Assembly (NCBI GenBank): GCA_964496425.1
Contig: CAZBZO010000003.1
Span: 55,728-119,727 of the forward strand
Reading direction: 5' to 3'
DNA: 64,000 nucleotides
Source of the DNA: an uncultured Candidatus Saccharibacteria bacterium
GTDB lineage: Bacteria; Patescibacteriota; Minisyncoccia; Phycocordibacterales; UBA9973
Part shown: positions 37,006-47,089 of the stretch, in pieces
How the letters are laid out: each line of letters starts with the position of its first letter
How positions within the stretch are numbered: the first letter of the stretch is position 1
The notes under the pieces: generated by a model
Databases searched by the model: none
What the model was told of the DNA's origin: nothing
Seen by the model: the letters and a program-made list of their open reading frames with translations, nothing else
Made by a program: the position numbers and the translations under genes

Positions 37006-38004
37006 TTACTTATCCTCCTCTTTCTTTGTGTGCCCGTGGGCATCGACTTCGTATGCAGTGTTCTGGGCTTCAAAGAAGTTCACAAGTTCATAGACATCGG
37101 TGGCGCCGGCCATCCATTTTGCTGGATTGGTAGCATTGTAATGCTTCGGCATACCGAGCTCTTCCAAGCGGCGATCTGCTACGTATTTCACATATTGATT
37201 TACATAGTCAGCATTGAGGCCTAAAATGCCGTTTGGAAAGAGGTCTTTGTTGTAGGCGACTTCAAGATCGACACCTTCCACAACAATCGTCCGGATTTCT
37301 TCAGCAAATTCTGGCGTCAACAAATCAGGATTCTCTTCAAGAATATGCATGATGAGATTCATGCCAAACTTCAAGTGGAGTGACTCGTCGCGAATAACCC
37401 AGTTGATCATACTCGCAAAGTTTCGAAGTTTATTGCGCTGGCGGAACGACAAGACCACCATGAAGCCCGAATAGAACCAAACACCTTCCATGACAATATT
37501 GGTTGCTACGAGATTGCGAATAAAATCTTTTTTCCCTTGTGTCGTTTCAATATCTAGCGTGTCTTCGGTCATGCGGCGCAAATATTTTGTGATGAAGGCC
37601 TCTTTTTTTACCATTGAATCAGTCTGCGTGTGCACTTCATATATCGTATCGCGACCCATAGGAAATGTTTCAAGCACGTACTCAAAGGCTACACAGTGGT
37701 TGGCCTCTTCCCACATTTGCTTCGCAAGATACAAATGGCATTCAGGAGACTTAATATACGGATAGACACCGAGCGCAAGAGAGCGGTTCACAATAAGCTC
37801 TGCCGGATTGAAAAATGACATGAGGAATTTTACGGCATGACGTTCATCTTCCGTCATATCGTTCCAGTCTTTCAAATCTTCCCCGAGCGGGATCTCATGA
37901 GGGAACCATGTGTTGCGCACAGCTTGGTTGTAGAGTTCATAGGCCCACTTATAGTGCATGGGATGCAGGGATGTATCTTCTGGTGTAGCTTTTCCGATCA
38001 ACAT
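37006..38004 (-). CDS. nrdB: Ribonucleoside-diphosphate reductase beta (small) subunit, class I
   Basis: Ferritin-like di-iron sites (EANHCVAFEYVLETF, RDESLHLKFG) and the tyrosyl-radical region. It is adjacent to nrdA. Confidence 0.9.
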   Translation of the reverse strand: MLIGKATPEDTSLHPMHYKWAYELYNQAVRNTWFPHEIPLGEDLKDWNDMTEDERHAVKFLMSFFNPAELIVNRSLALGVYPYIKSPECHLYLAKQMWEEANHCVAFEYVLETFPMGRDTIYEVHTQTDSMVKKEAFITKYLRRMTEDTLDIETTQGKKDFIRNLVATNIVMEGVWFYSGFMVVLSFRQRNKLRNFASMINWVIRDESLHLKFGMNLIMHILEENPDLLTPEFAEEIRTIVVEGVDLEVAYNKDLFPNGILGLNADYVNQYVKYVADRRLEELGMPKHYNATNPAKWMAGATDVYELVNFFEAQNTAYEVDAHGHTKKEEDK

Positions 38005-38094
38005 AATAGTAGTTAGTAGTTAGTAGTAAATAGTTAGTAGGACGACATAGTTAGTGTATTTTTCTACTTACTACTAACTACTTTCTACTAACTG
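38005..38094. repeat. Inverted repeat of TAGTTAGTAG-type units (long imperfect hairpin) in the nrdA-nrdB intergenic spacer
   Basis: AGTTAGTAGTAAATAGTTAGTAG (left arm) pairs with CTACTAACTACTTTCTACTAACT (right arm), giving an approximately 23-bp imperfect stem around a roughly 25-nt loop. The arms are built from direct repeats of (T)AGTTAGTAG. Confidence 0.6.
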
Positions 38095-40659
38095 TTATTG
38101 GCATCCTTCACACAACAATGCATCTTGCGGATCCTCCGGTCCATGAACAACAAGTGTTGGTTTTTCCTTTTTTAATACGAGAGGAGGAGTCTCAATAGCA
38201 ATCTCAGGCATTGCCGCAACTACAGGAGTAGGTTCCACATATGGAGCTTCGGCAACCTCCTCTTTCTTTTCTTTGGTGCTAAATACTGCTGAAAATCCTT
38301 TATGTCCTTGCGCTTCGGATTTGTTGACTCGCGTCGTAGATTGCTCCGCATTGTGCTTCGGCTTCATGTGAAGATAGTACGTCGTCTTCAATCCCTTCTC
38401 CCACGCTGTCGAATAAATCTTCATTATTTCATCAACATCCCGGATTTCAAGATACATATTGCGCGAAATAGCTTGGTCTACCCATTTTTGCGCTCGAGCT
38501 GCAACTTCCACGAAAGCATATGGTGAAGTAGAAAATGATGTCTTATACATTGCTTTGATGTGCTCGGGGATTTCAGGAATATCGGCAAGGTCGCCATGCT
38601 GTTCAAGAATGGTCTCGCGATGCTTGTCCCAAAGATCAAGCGCGCGCAAATCGTTCACCAGGTTTGGATTGATCTCAAGATATTTTCCGGAAATTTTATT
38701 TCGAGAAAACATTTGAGCAAAGCGCGGATCAATGCCTGGCGACGTACCGGCGACGAGACCGATGTTCGCATTTGGAGCGATAGCAAGCACCGTAGCATTG
38801 CGAACACCTTTACGTACTTTTTTACGAAGTGCATCCCAATCCACTTGCGGAATCACTTCAAGACTTTCGGTCGGAATCGTCACCGCGAGTCCACGCTCAG
38901 ATTCAAGTTTTTTAAATGTATCCATCGGCACCATACCTTTACTCCAGCCGGAACCCTCGAAATTGTCATAACTACCACGTTCTGCAGCTAAATTGGCCGA
39001 CTCATCGATCGCCATGTAGCTAATGAATTCAAATACTTTGTCCGATAGATCAAACGCTTCTTTGTCTTCATATGAAAACCCGAGTTGTTCAATAGCGTCG
39101 GCAAAACCCATAAGTCCGAGTCCCACAGCACGGTTTTCAGAGTCGGCCTTGATCGCTTCTGCGATCGGGAGCTTGTTGACGTCGATCAAATTGTCGAGCT
39201 GGCGGATCGCTAAGCGTACGCTCTCTTCAAGACGCATCCAGTCGATCTGGCGGGCCACGATATGGCGCGGTAAGTTGATGGAAACCAAATTACAGACTGC
39301 CACATTGTCTTTATTTTGCGGCAAAGTGACTTCGGTACAGAGGTTGGAGGCATGGATCGTCCCGGTGTTGTTATTGAGTGCACGGAGATTGATGGTATCT
39401 TTCCAGGTTAGCCATGGATGCGATGTGGTCTCAAGGGAAACAAGGATATTCTTATACTGCTGGCGAGCTGGCATTTTCTTCCACATTTTCATATCGCCTG
39501 CTTCGGCCATTTGGGTATATTCCCCATAGCGCTTGGAAAAAGCTTTACCGTAGAGCTCTATCAAATCTGGTGTTTCTTTCGGATCAAACAAGTACCAATC
39601 ACTATCTTCTTTGACGCGCTTCATAAATTCGTCCGAAAGATAGACTGCGGTATCGGCGGTACGAGTACGACGATAGTCATCCCCTGCGTTTTGCTTCAGA
39701 TCGAGAAAATCTTGGAAATCAATATGCCAGTTTTCCATATAGAAACACAGAGCACCTTTTTTCTTGCCCCCGCGCTGCACGGCACGCACGGCCGAGTCAA
39801 TAATATGAAGAAATGGCACTGGGCCAGACGAGACAGTGTTGTTTGATTTGAGTACCGATCCATTGGCGCGAAGTTTAGTGACCGCAAGGCCGATGCCGCC
39901 GGTAGCCTTCGAGAGCATCAGCACATCCTTCACAGTTTTTCCAATATGATCCATATCGTCTTCGACTTGCATCAAGAAACAGTTGGAAAGCGAAGGACGA
40001 GTTGTCGCGGCACCAATGTTGGTCGAACCGGCAGAGAGATATTCAAGTTTGCTCATTTTGTCATAAAACTTTTTCGCCCAATCAGTCGGATTTTTTTCTT
40101 TCAAGGACATACCCATAGCAACTCGCATCCAAAAATATTGTGGTGTCTCGAGTGGTTTCTGGCTCGCATCTTTAATAAGATAGCGATCCATCATTGTTGA
40201 GATACCAGAATACTTATAGAGCTCATCGCGTTCGATCTTGAGCGCTTTGGAAAGTTCGTCGAGATCGAAAACTTTCGCAAGCTTTGGATCAAGAAGTCCA
40301 AGTTCGATACCGAGACGAATATAATGAGGGAAATGTCCGCGGTGAAGCGTGGTGAGCTCTTCTTTGGTGTCGAATCCGCCGATGACTTTCTTGTAGAGCG
40401 TTTTCAAAAGGAGACGTGTGGCAATTTTATCGTAATCGAGATCATACTGCGCGTTTTGAAGAGCCGCATTGATCGTCGCTTGATCCATTTCCTCCGTCGT
40501 AATCCCGTCATAGACCGTGAGCTCGGTCTCGGAAGCGATTTGGGTCACCTTACCGATCGGATCAGAGAGACCATAACATGCACGTTCGATCGAACGATTG
40601 ATTCGATCGGCGTTAAAAGGCTCTCGGGTTCCGTCTCGTTTGGTGATTGAAATGCTCAT
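38095..40659 (-). CDS. nrdA: Ribonucleoside-diphosphate reductase alpha (large) subunit, class I, with an ATP-cone
   Basis: 854 aa. The N-terminal ATP-cone is ISITKRDGTREPFNADRINRSIERA. The catalytic NLCTE thiyl-radical cysteine region and the C-terminal Cys pair (CEGC) are present. Confidence 0.9.
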   Translation of the reverse strand: MSISITKRDGTREPFNADRINRSIERACYGLSDPIGKVTQIASETELTVYDGITTEEMDQATINAALQNAQYDLDYDKIATRLLLKTLYKKVIGGFDTKEELTTLHRGHFPHYIRLGIELGLLDPKLAKVFDLDELSKALKIERDELYKYSGISTMMDRYLIKDASQKPLETPQYFWMRVAMGMSLKEKNPTDWAKKFYDKMSKLEYLSAGSTNIGAATTRPSLSNCFLMQVEDDMDHIGKTVKDVLMLSKATGGIGLAVTKLRANGSVLKSNNTVSSGPVPFLHIIDSAVRAVQRGGKKKGALCFYMENWHIDFQDFLDLKQNAGDDYRRTRTADTAVYLSDEFMKRVKEDSDWYLFDPKETPDLIELYGKAFSKRYGEYTQMAEAGDMKMWKKMPARQQYKNILVSLETTSHPWLTWKDTINLRALNNNTGTIHASNLCTEVTLPQNKDNVAVCNLVSINLPRHIVARQIDWMRLEESVRLAIRQLDNLIDVNKLPIAEAIKADSENRAVGLGLMGFADAIEQLGFSYEDKEAFDLSDKVFEFISYMAIDESANLAAERGSYDNFEGSGWSKGMVPMDTFKKLESERGLAVTIPTESLEVIPQVDWDALRKKVRKGVRNATVLAIAPNANIGLVAGTSPGIDPRFAQMFSRNKISGKYLEINPNLVNDLRALDLWDKHRETILEQHGDLADIPEIPEHIKAMYKTSFSTSPYAFVEVAARAQKWVDQAISRNMYLEIRDVDEIMKIYSTAWEKGLKTTYYLHMKPKHNAEQSTTRVNKSEAQGHKGFSAVFSTKEKKEEVAEAPYVEPTPVVAAMPEIAIETPPLVLKKEKPTLVVHGPEDPQDALLCEGCQ

Positions 40660-40952
40660 AGATGTTTTTTAAATAATGTTACGTGAGTAATAATAGATGC
40701 AAAAATAAATTGATATGGGGAATCAATTATAACTTAAAAAAACAAAGAAGGATACACGGGCGACATCAGTAGGAGTAATGCGGGTACAATTGTAGCATCG
40801 GAAAAATCACTCGCAAGTGGGGATAACCCTACGATATATAGGTTTTTTGATGAGTGGTAAACGAGCTTACGGTAATTGATTTATTTACCGCAAAAAAACA
40901 TGGATTAGACTCGGAGTCTATACTATGAGGAGAAAAATCGGCTTAGAAAAAT

Positions 40953-41612
40953 TTAAACTGGTGTAAAATCCAAAAATTTTTCACAATATGGAGCGACGGA
41001 AGCGTCAGTAATAGCGGCAATTGAACCAATTAACTGCTTTTCAATCTCTTTTTCAAGCAAAAACACGCCTTGATGGAATTTTTCTCGCTCTTCACGCTTA
41101 TCTTGATCTTCCGGCATGCCATAACGGACAATACCGTCGGAAATTCTCTCTACAACAGAGACCACGCCCTGCGGAACAACTCGTAAATCAGCATATGCAC
41201 AAATATATTTTGAAAAATCCTTGGAATCAAGAACAAAAAATACTCGATCGAACCCAACACCATCTATACACTCCTGCGTAAACGGAGAAACACCAAGATC
41301 TTTCGCAATACGCACATGCACCTGATGTTCATTGGTGCCGTAACGAGCAATAAAATCTTTTTTCACAATTTCCCAGTACGGGATATCGATTTCAGGATAA
41401 AACTTTTTAGTCTTTTCAAAATCAAATTTGATAATATTTCCCATATCATGAAGCAGGCAAGCGGAAATAATTTCGTCTCGATGTAATTGTTTTTGTACTT
41501 CTTCACTCGTGTGGTCACATACCCACGCCGCGACGCCTGCCACGCGCAGCATGTGCTCGCGGAGATTCGGAATAATATTATACTCGTCGTAAATTTCAGA
41601 AATAGTTTTCAT
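40953..41612 (-). CDS. HD-domain phosphohydrolase
   Basis: H...(28)...HD is the metal-binding pattern (HMLRVAGVAAWVC...CLLHDMGN). Confidence 0.7.
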   Translation of the reverse strand: MKTISEIYDEYNIIPNLREHMLRVAGVAAWVCDHTSEEVQKQLHRDEIISACLLHDMGNIIKFDFEKTKKFYPEIDIPYWEIVKKDFIARYGTNEHQVHVRIAKDLGVSPFTQECIDGVGFDRVFFVLDSKDFSKYICAYADLRVVPQGVVSVVERISDGIVRYGMPEDQDKREEREKFHQGVFLLEKEIEKQLIGSIAAITDASVAPYCEKFLDFTPV

Positions 41613-41675
41613 GCTGTGAGTATATAAAAAATGACCCGTAACTCAAAACAAGTTACAGGCCAAGTCAAAATAATT

Positions 41676-42341
41676 TCAGTCACCTTCCATCAATAAATAC
41701 CGAGTACTGGTGAAATGCCAATGATCTCCATACCAAAACAATTTGATTTTCTGGTAATTCCCAATATCATTCTCGACAGACTTCTCAATTGAAAATGTAT
41801 ACGCAATATCTTTTCTCATACATATACCCCAAAGCTTCTCCGCTTGTTTTGATTTTTTAAACAAAACGAAGAGAATACGCCAGAACATTTTTTCTTTAAT
41901 GGGAGCGAATTCAGAATTCATTCGTATTTCATCAATCGGATCGCCTATAAATACTGGGGAAATAATATTCTTCAATCCAGTAAGAATTTTTGGGACAGCA
42001 ATAATTTCATTTTTTGTAGGGAGGTAGAAAGTCTTCTCGAATTCTTCTTCAAAACTAAAATGATCTCGAGAGAACACTTCCCAAACTTTAAAGAGTTTAC
42101 ACTCATCCAGTTCCCCGTCCTTGATTTTTTCAAGGGCATATTGAAGCAACATAGGATTAAGTTTGCAGCAACGACTACGATATTGCTTCTCGATTTCGAA
42201 AATTATACTGCTTAAGTGATCACGCTGATCACTACTAACGCTAAAGAACGTCATAAAAAAGATTTTATTTGAAATGAAAAGAAACTGTTTCAGGAGAGCT
42301 AAAGAGCTCAACAGCAAACCGAAGAGAGAAACTTCAACCAC
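41676..42341 (-). CDS. Hypothetical protein
   Basis: 221-aa ORF. The N-terminal approximately 30 aa are probably an over-extension, and MTFFSVSSDQRDH is a plausible start. No family was recognised. Confidence 0.35.
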   Translation of the reverse strand: MVEVSLFGLLLSSLALLKQFLFISNKIFFMTFFSVSSDQRDHLSSIIFEIEKQYRSRCCKLNPMLLQYALEKIKDGELDECKLFKVWEVFSRDHFSFEEEFEKTFYLPTKNEIIAVPKILTGLKNIISPVFIGDPIDEIRMNSEFAPIKEKMFWRILFVLFKKSKQAEKLWGICMRKDIAYTFSIEKSVENDIGNYQKIKLFWYGDHWHFTSTRYLLMEGD

Positions 42342-42362
42342 ATTTAAGCACGACAGAATAGA

Positions 42363-43619
42363 TTAGTCAACGGAAGCAGCTGTCAGTTTTGGTTTGAAGA
42401 AAAAATTGAAAATAATTCCTCCGACCATGATCACGATACCCCCGATAATGATCGGTGTGGAGGGCGTCAGTGTCGCCGCAACAAATCCTGAGATGATTGG
42501 CGGGATAGCTTGGGCAAGAGCTTGGACGCTCGCATTGATACCAAGTATTTCGCCTTGAATCGAAGGCTCAACTGATCGAGACAAAAGAGCAGTTAGGTTG
42601 GCCATTGAAAGCCCAGCGGGAATTGAAACAAACGGCACCACAAAGAGAAGCTGCCACGGCATATTCGGCAAGAAATATAAAAAGAGACACGCACCAGCGG
42701 CGACAAGCGTAATCCGTACAATTTTATCTTCGCTAAATCGCTTATTCATCCGCCGTGTGATGACGACTTGAGTAAATGCTGTCCAAAGTCCAAGGTAGGC
42801 AAAAAAGTCCCCAATGTTGCCTTGGCTAAAACCGAATTTCTTGATCAGAAAAACGCTAAAGAATGTGGTGAAAAATGTGAAGCCGGCGTAAAAGAAAAAG
42901 TTGGTAAGAAATAAAACATTCACGCCTTTCATACTAAACGCTTTTTTAATATTTTGTATTGAGCGATTCCATGTGACTTTTCCATGGATAAGATATTTAT
43001 TCGTCTCGGGAAACCGGATGATGACGGAAATAGCATTGGCACCGGCCAAAAGAGCCGCAAACCAAAATGGCGTGGCAGCGTTAAACCACGATATGACTGA
43101 CGGATCAGAAAGTTTGCCACCAATGAAAGGACCGACGATGAAACCGAGTCCAAAGGCGGCTCCGATCAAACCAAAATTCTTTGCACGTTTTTCAGGCGGT
43201 GTGACGTCCGCGATCGCCGCTTGTGCAACCGCAATATTGCCGCCCGTAAGACCATCAAAAAATCGTGCCGCAAACAAAAGCGGGATATTATGGGTGATGA
43301 CGCCGATAGCGAAAACGATATAGGAAAGCGAGGTACCGGCAATAGAAAATGCCAGCACTTTCCTGCGACCATAAAAATCAGAAAGCTGACCGAGTATCGG
43401 AGTGGCGATGAATTGTCCGATCGGAAAAATCGCGATTAAAAGTCCTAGCAATATGTATCCATGGGAAACTGAAGCTCCAATGGGTAGTAAATAAAATGGC
43501 GATGCTGGATCAGCGAGAAGCTCGGGAATAACCGGGATAAGAATTCCGAAACCTAACAGATCGATAAATATCGTAAAAAAAATAAGTCCGATGGGGCTTT
43601 TTGGTTTCGTATCTGACAT
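42363..43619 (-). CDS. MFS transporter
   Basis: 12 TM helices with the MFS motif GxLSDRxGRRKVL (GQLSDFYGRRKVL). Confidence 0.8.
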   Translation of the reverse strand: MSDTKPKSPIGLIFFTIFIDLLGFGILIPVIPELLADPASPFYLLPIGASVSHGYILLGLLIAIFPIGQFIATPILGQLSDFYGRRKVLAFSIAGTSLSYIVFAIGVITHNIPLLFAARFFDGLTGGNIAVAQAAIADVTPPEKRAKNFGLIGAAFGLGFIVGPFIGGKLSDPSVISWFNAATPFWFAALLAGANAISVIIRFPETNKYLIHGKVTWNRSIQNIKKAFSMKGVNVLFLTNFFFYAGFTFFTTFFSVFLIKKFGFSQGNIGDFFAYLGLWTAFTQVVITRRMNKRFSEDKIVRITLVAAGACLFLYFLPNMPWQLLFVVPFVSIPAGLSMANLTALLSRSVEPSIQGEILGINASVQALAQAIPPIISGFVAATLTPSTPIIIGGIVIMVGGIIFNFFFKPKLTAASVD

Positions 43620-43701
43620 ATTCTTATCCTAACACAATTTTTATGTGAATTTAAAAAATGTGCGTTCAGGCACATTAGAAAAAAATTAACTAATTACAAT
43701 C

Positions 43702-44331
43702 TTAGCTCAGATGCCGATAGTCGTTCCATTCTATCAAATGCCAATGAGCTGGTTCACGATGCTCAAAGACCACGAGACCTCCGGTCTTAATATTTGTGGA
43801 AAGTAAAAAGCGATAGTAGATATCAAAGGTCAGATGTTCTTCAAACATCAGCGTGAGTGCAAGTGCCTTAATAAAAGTACTGTGGGTAACGATCGCAATC
43901 TTTTCTTTATTGAGAGCGATCAAGTATGCGATCGCTTTCTCTGCACGAGCACGAATGTCGAGAAAATTTTCTTCGTCCTCATAGTGCCACAGCGGCTCTG
44001 TACGATTGTGCTCGCGAATGGTCGTACGAATCTTTTGTATCGACTCTTCATAAAATGGCTTATTCAAAAATGAGCTGGCAATTTTTTTCTCTCGAAAAAT
44101 ATCATGGGCGACTGGAGTTCTGCCGATCGCTCGGCCCACGATAGTGGCTGTTTCTTCTGCTCGCGATATTGGGCTTGTGATAAGAGCATCAAATGGCGCT
44201 TCTTTCGCAAGATGCTCTGCCAAAAGCCGAGCCTGATGTATACCAGCATCGTTTAAATGATCAGCATCTGGGCCAAAAATCTTGTCCCGGGCGTTGTCTG
44301 TCTCTCCATGTCGAATAAAATAAAATTTCAT
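43702..44331 (-). CDS. Histidine phosphatase family protein (phosphoglycerate-mutase-like)
   Basis: MKFYFIRHGETDNARDKIFG is the RHGE motif, ITSPISRAEETATIV is the SPLxRAxxTA motif, and the C-terminal His motif is present. The track ORF start at 44349 is a TTG. The ATG at 44331 is preferred. Confidence 0.75.
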   Translation of the reverse strand: MKFYFIRHGETDNARDKIFGPDADHLNDAGIHQARLLAEHLAKEAPFDALITSPISRAEETATIVGRAIGRTPVAHDIFREKKIASSFLNKPFYEESIQKIRTTIREHNRTEPLWHYEDEENFLDIRARAEKAIAYLIALNKEKIAIVTHSTFIKALALTLMFEEHLTFDIYYRFLLSTNIKTGGLVVFEHREPAHWHLIEWNDYRHLS

Positions 44332-44351
44332 AGTATTTCCAACTCCCAAAG

Positions 44352-44446
44352 TTGAAATAGCATTTTTGAGGTCTCTCGCAGGCCGGCGGGCCGAGAGGGA
44401 GCAAATTTTAGTAAAAAATTATGCGACCTCAAAAATACTATTTCAA
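44352..44446. repeat. 22-bp inverted repeat (1 mismatch) enclosing a GC-rich inner hairpin, between glmS and the histidine-phosphatase gene
   Basis: TTGAAATAGCATTTTTGAGGTC at 44352-44373 matches GACCTCAAAAATACTATTTCAA at 44425-44446. The inner element CTCTCGCAGGCCGGCGGGCCGAGAG is itself self-complementary. Confidence 0.6.
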
Positions 44447-44453
44447 TGCCCTT

Positions 44454-46274
44454 CTATTCCACCGTCACCGACTTCGCCAAGTTACGCGGCTTGTCGACCG
44501 GTTTGCCGGAGAGTGACGCGATATAGTAGGCGAAAAGCTGAAGTGGTACTGCCGCCAAAATCGGAGAAAGCATTTCTTTTGTTTCTGGAATAAAAAACAC
44601 GTCACTCACAAGCTCTTCGACATCCTTATCCCCCACCGTCGCAAGCGCCAAGACCGGTCCCTTGCGAGCGCGTACTTCAGTCACATTGGAAATCATTTTT
44701 TCATACACACTATCTTTGAGGAGAAGTGCAACAGTCGGGAAAAGCTCATCAATCATAGCAAGCGGTCCATGTTTCATTTCACCGGCACCATAACCTTCCG
44801 CGTGAATATATGAAATCTCTTTGAGCTTGAGCGCTCCTTCAAGTGCCGAAGGATAATTGTATTTGCGGCCGATAAACATAAAGTCTCGATATCCGCTGTA
44901 TCGCTCGGCGAGAATTTTAATTTCCTCTCGCGCATGCAGTATCTCGTCGAGCTTAGCGGGAATATCCAAAAGACCCTGCACAAGCGATTTACCTTCTTCT
45001 TCTGTCATGCTTCTTTGTCGTCCAAGATACAACGTAAAAAGAGAAAGCACGATGAGTTGTGAAATAAAAGCTTTGGTGGATGCGACACCAATCTCCGGCC
45101 CAGCATGATTGTAGACGCCGGCATCAGTTTCGCGAGCAATGGTGGATCCAACGACGTTTACAATACCCAAGGTCAGTGCACCCTTACGCTTGGCCTCACG
45201 GATCGCTTCAATTGTGTCTGCTGTTTCACCGGATTGTGATACGGCAAGAAGGACCGTATCTTTGTCGATCACGGGCGAGCGATAGCGGAATTCAGAGGCA
45301 ATCTCCACTTCCACTGGTATCCCCGCATATTCTTCAAGCATGTATTCTCCGACCAGTCCTGCATAGTAGGCCGTACCGCAACCGACAATAATGATCCGTT
45401 TAATATTTTTGAGTTTGTCTGCCACATCGATCAAGCCGCCGAGCTTTGCCATGCCACGCTCAGCAATCAGCCGGCCACGAAGCGTATTGCGCACGACTTC
45501 CGGCGCTTCCATCATTTCCTTCAACATAAAATGCTCGTAGCCACCTTTGGTGATCTCTTCAATATTGAAATCAATAATGTCAGGCAGTCGATCAATCAGC
45601 GTTTGCTCGAGCGTGTAAATCTTATATGCGTTCGGCGTAAGCACTGCTACTTCCCCATCGTTTAAGTACACGACATTTTTTGTATGCTGCATGAGTGGTG
45701 TAGCATCGGACGCAATAAAATTCTCATCCACACCCACACCGATGATGAGCGGGCTCCCCATGCGCGCAGCAATTATTTTTTCGGGCTCCTTCGTATCCAC
45801 GACCGCGAGTCCATAGGTGCCGCGAAGTTCTTTAAGCACGATCATCATGGCATCGAGTATCTTTGGTGTCGTTTTCAAAGTCTCAGCGATCAAATGCGCA
45901 ATGACTTCCGAATCGGTATCAGATGCAAATTGGTGCCCACGACCAGCAAGCATTGTTTTCAACTCTTTATAGTTTTCAATGATGCCATTGTGTACCAAAG
46001 ATATCCGCCCGGTATCGTCTGCGTGCGGATGAGCATTTTTTTCAAGCGGCTCACCATGAGTCGCCCAACGAGTGTGAGCAATGCCTGACGTACCTGTAAA
46101 ACCCGTAGGAATTTTTTTCTCGAGGTTATCAACTGGTCCGACTGCCCGAACAACTCCTGTCCCAGGAATAAAAATACCTGAGGAGTCATAGCCGCGATAT
46201 TCAAGCGCATGCAAGCCTTCAACCAAAAGGGTTGTAGCATTTCGTTTACCAGTGTAGGCGATAATTCCGCACAT
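44454..46274 (-). CDS. glmS: Glutamine--fructose-6-phosphate aminotransferase (isomerising)
   Basis: MCGIIAYTG is the Ntn-Cys start, two SIS domains are present, and the C-terminal KSVTVE end is present. Confidence 0.95.
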   Translation of the reverse strand: MCGIIAYTGKRNATTLLVEGLHALEYRGYDSSGIFIPGTGVVRAVGPVDNLEKKIPTGFTGTSGIAHTRWATHGEPLEKNAHPHADDTGRISLVHNGIIENYKELKTMLAGRGHQFASDTDSEVIAHLIAETLKTTPKILDAMMIVLKELRGTYGLAVVDTKEPEKIIAARMGSPLIIGVGVDENFIASDATPLMQHTKNVVYLNDGEVAVLTPNAYKIYTLEQTLIDRLPDIIDFNIEEITKGGYEHFMLKEMMEAPEVVRNTLRGRLIAERGMAKLGGLIDVADKLKNIKRIIIVGCGTAYYAGLVGEYMLEEYAGIPVEVEIASEFRYRSPVIDKDTVLLAVSQSGETADTIEAIREAKRKGALTLGIVNVVGSTIARETDAGVYNHAGPEIGVASTKAFISQLIVLSLFTLYLGRQRSMTEEEGKSLVQGLLDIPAKLDEILHAREEIKILAERYSGYRDFMFIGRKYNYPSALEGALKLKEISYIHAEGYGAGEMKHGPLAMIDELFPTVALLLKDSVYEKMISNVTEVRARKGPVLALATVGDKDVEELVSDVFFIPETKEMLSPILAAVPLQLFAYYIASLSGKPVDKPRNLAKSVTVE

Positions 46275-46310
46275 ATGGGTCTATCGTAACAGAAAACAAA
46301 CAACTCGCAA

Positions 46311-46481
46311 CTATATGAACCCGAGCAAAATAGCAAAAATAAAGAGGCTACCAAGGAAGCCGAGGACGGGATGGATGCGGTAGAGGATGATATCAGCCAC
46401 CAAAAGCACGAAAAACACCACATAGCCGAGGTCCTGAATACGAACGAGTATATCTTGGGCGATTTGTTGTAGGGATTCCAT
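46311..46481 (-). CDS. Possible small hydrophobic protein (56 aa), below the ORF-track threshold
   Basis: Manual translation gives MESLQQIAQDILVRIQDLGYVVFFVLLVADIILYRIHPVLGFLGSLFIFAILLGFI. Two TM-like segments. It sits in the glmS upstream intergenic region. Confidence 0.25.
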   Translation of the reverse strand: MESLQQIAQDILVRIQDLGYVVFFVLLVADIILYRIHPVLGFLGSLFIFAILLGFI

Positions 46482-46583
46482 ACATAAATTATATCATCGC
46501 TACTGCTCTTGTCGAGCTTTGACTCAAGGTAAAGGAAAGGATATAGTAGGGGCAAAATTTAACTCATTGTAAAAAACAAACTC

Positions 46584-47066
46584 ATGAAACTGAAAGAAAT
46601 AGCTCGTTACATGTTGAAAAAACATGGCATCCCTTCTGTTGCCGCAATCCCCAAAGCTTGTGGATTTTGTCTCGGTAATGTCCTTTTTAATGACACCCAT
46701 GGTGAACCGGGAAGAATTTTATTTTGTCCGTACTGTGAAGAAACTGGAGAAGAATCGCTAATCCACGTAAACATCCCAAAAGGGAAAGATTTTGTGATGT
46801 TAAAAATTCAACGTACAAAAAAATCTTTCATTTTGCCGGCTGGTGCTACCAACTCTTCCAGAATTTATATGATGGCTAAAAATAGCAACCATCGTAGAAC
46901 AGATGATAGTTACACTTCTGTTTCTGTTTCCGAATATAAGCACGGCAAACGACCAGAGAAAAAGGTTGCTCCAATCAACTCAGAACCGACCCGAACTAAC
47001 GAGCCTCGAATATCGGGGAATAATAAGAAGCAAAAAATAAACCTCCACACGATTTTTGACGAATGA
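46584..47066 (+). CDS. Zinc-ribbon-containing hypothetical protein
   Basis: CGFC...(16)...CPYC is a four-Cys cluster near the N-terminus. The rest is basic and low-complexity. Confidence 0.4.
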   Translation: MKLKEIARYMLKKHGIPSVAAIPKACGFCLGNVLFNDTHGEPGRILFCPYCEETGEESLIHVNIPKGKDFVMLKIQRTKKSFILPAGATNSSRIYMMAKNSNHRRTDDSYTSVSVSEYKHGKRPEKKVAPINSEPTRTNEPRISGNNKKQKINLHTIFDE

Positions 47067-47089
47067 ATGACAACTAACCATCTCTATCA

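Noticed and set aside
38005-38094. CRISPR-like array for the TAGTTAGTAG repeats
   Set aside because: The units are 9-10 nt, far shorter than CRISPR repeats, and there are no spacers. The arrangement is an inverted, hairpin-forming repeat inside an operon spacer.
40660-40952. NrdR box upstream of nrdA
   Set aside because: The only palindromic candidate (CCTACGATATATAGG at about 40826-40845) lacks the CAC...GTG arms of the NrdR consensus as I recall it, and no nrdR gene is in view. Not supported.
45959-46555. 198-aa ORF overlapping the 5' end of glmS
   Set aside because: It is out of frame with glmS across 45959-46274 and extends into an intergenic region. It has no motifs and a Cys/Phe/Ser-rich composition typical of spurious frames. 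A short 56-aa hydrophobic ORF in a different frame (46311-46481) is the only plausible coding element there.
46275-46583. glmS ribozyme upstream of glmS
   Set aside because: The region is AT-rich and largely occupied by a small hydrophobic ORF. No conserved glmS-ribozyme core sequence was recognisable.
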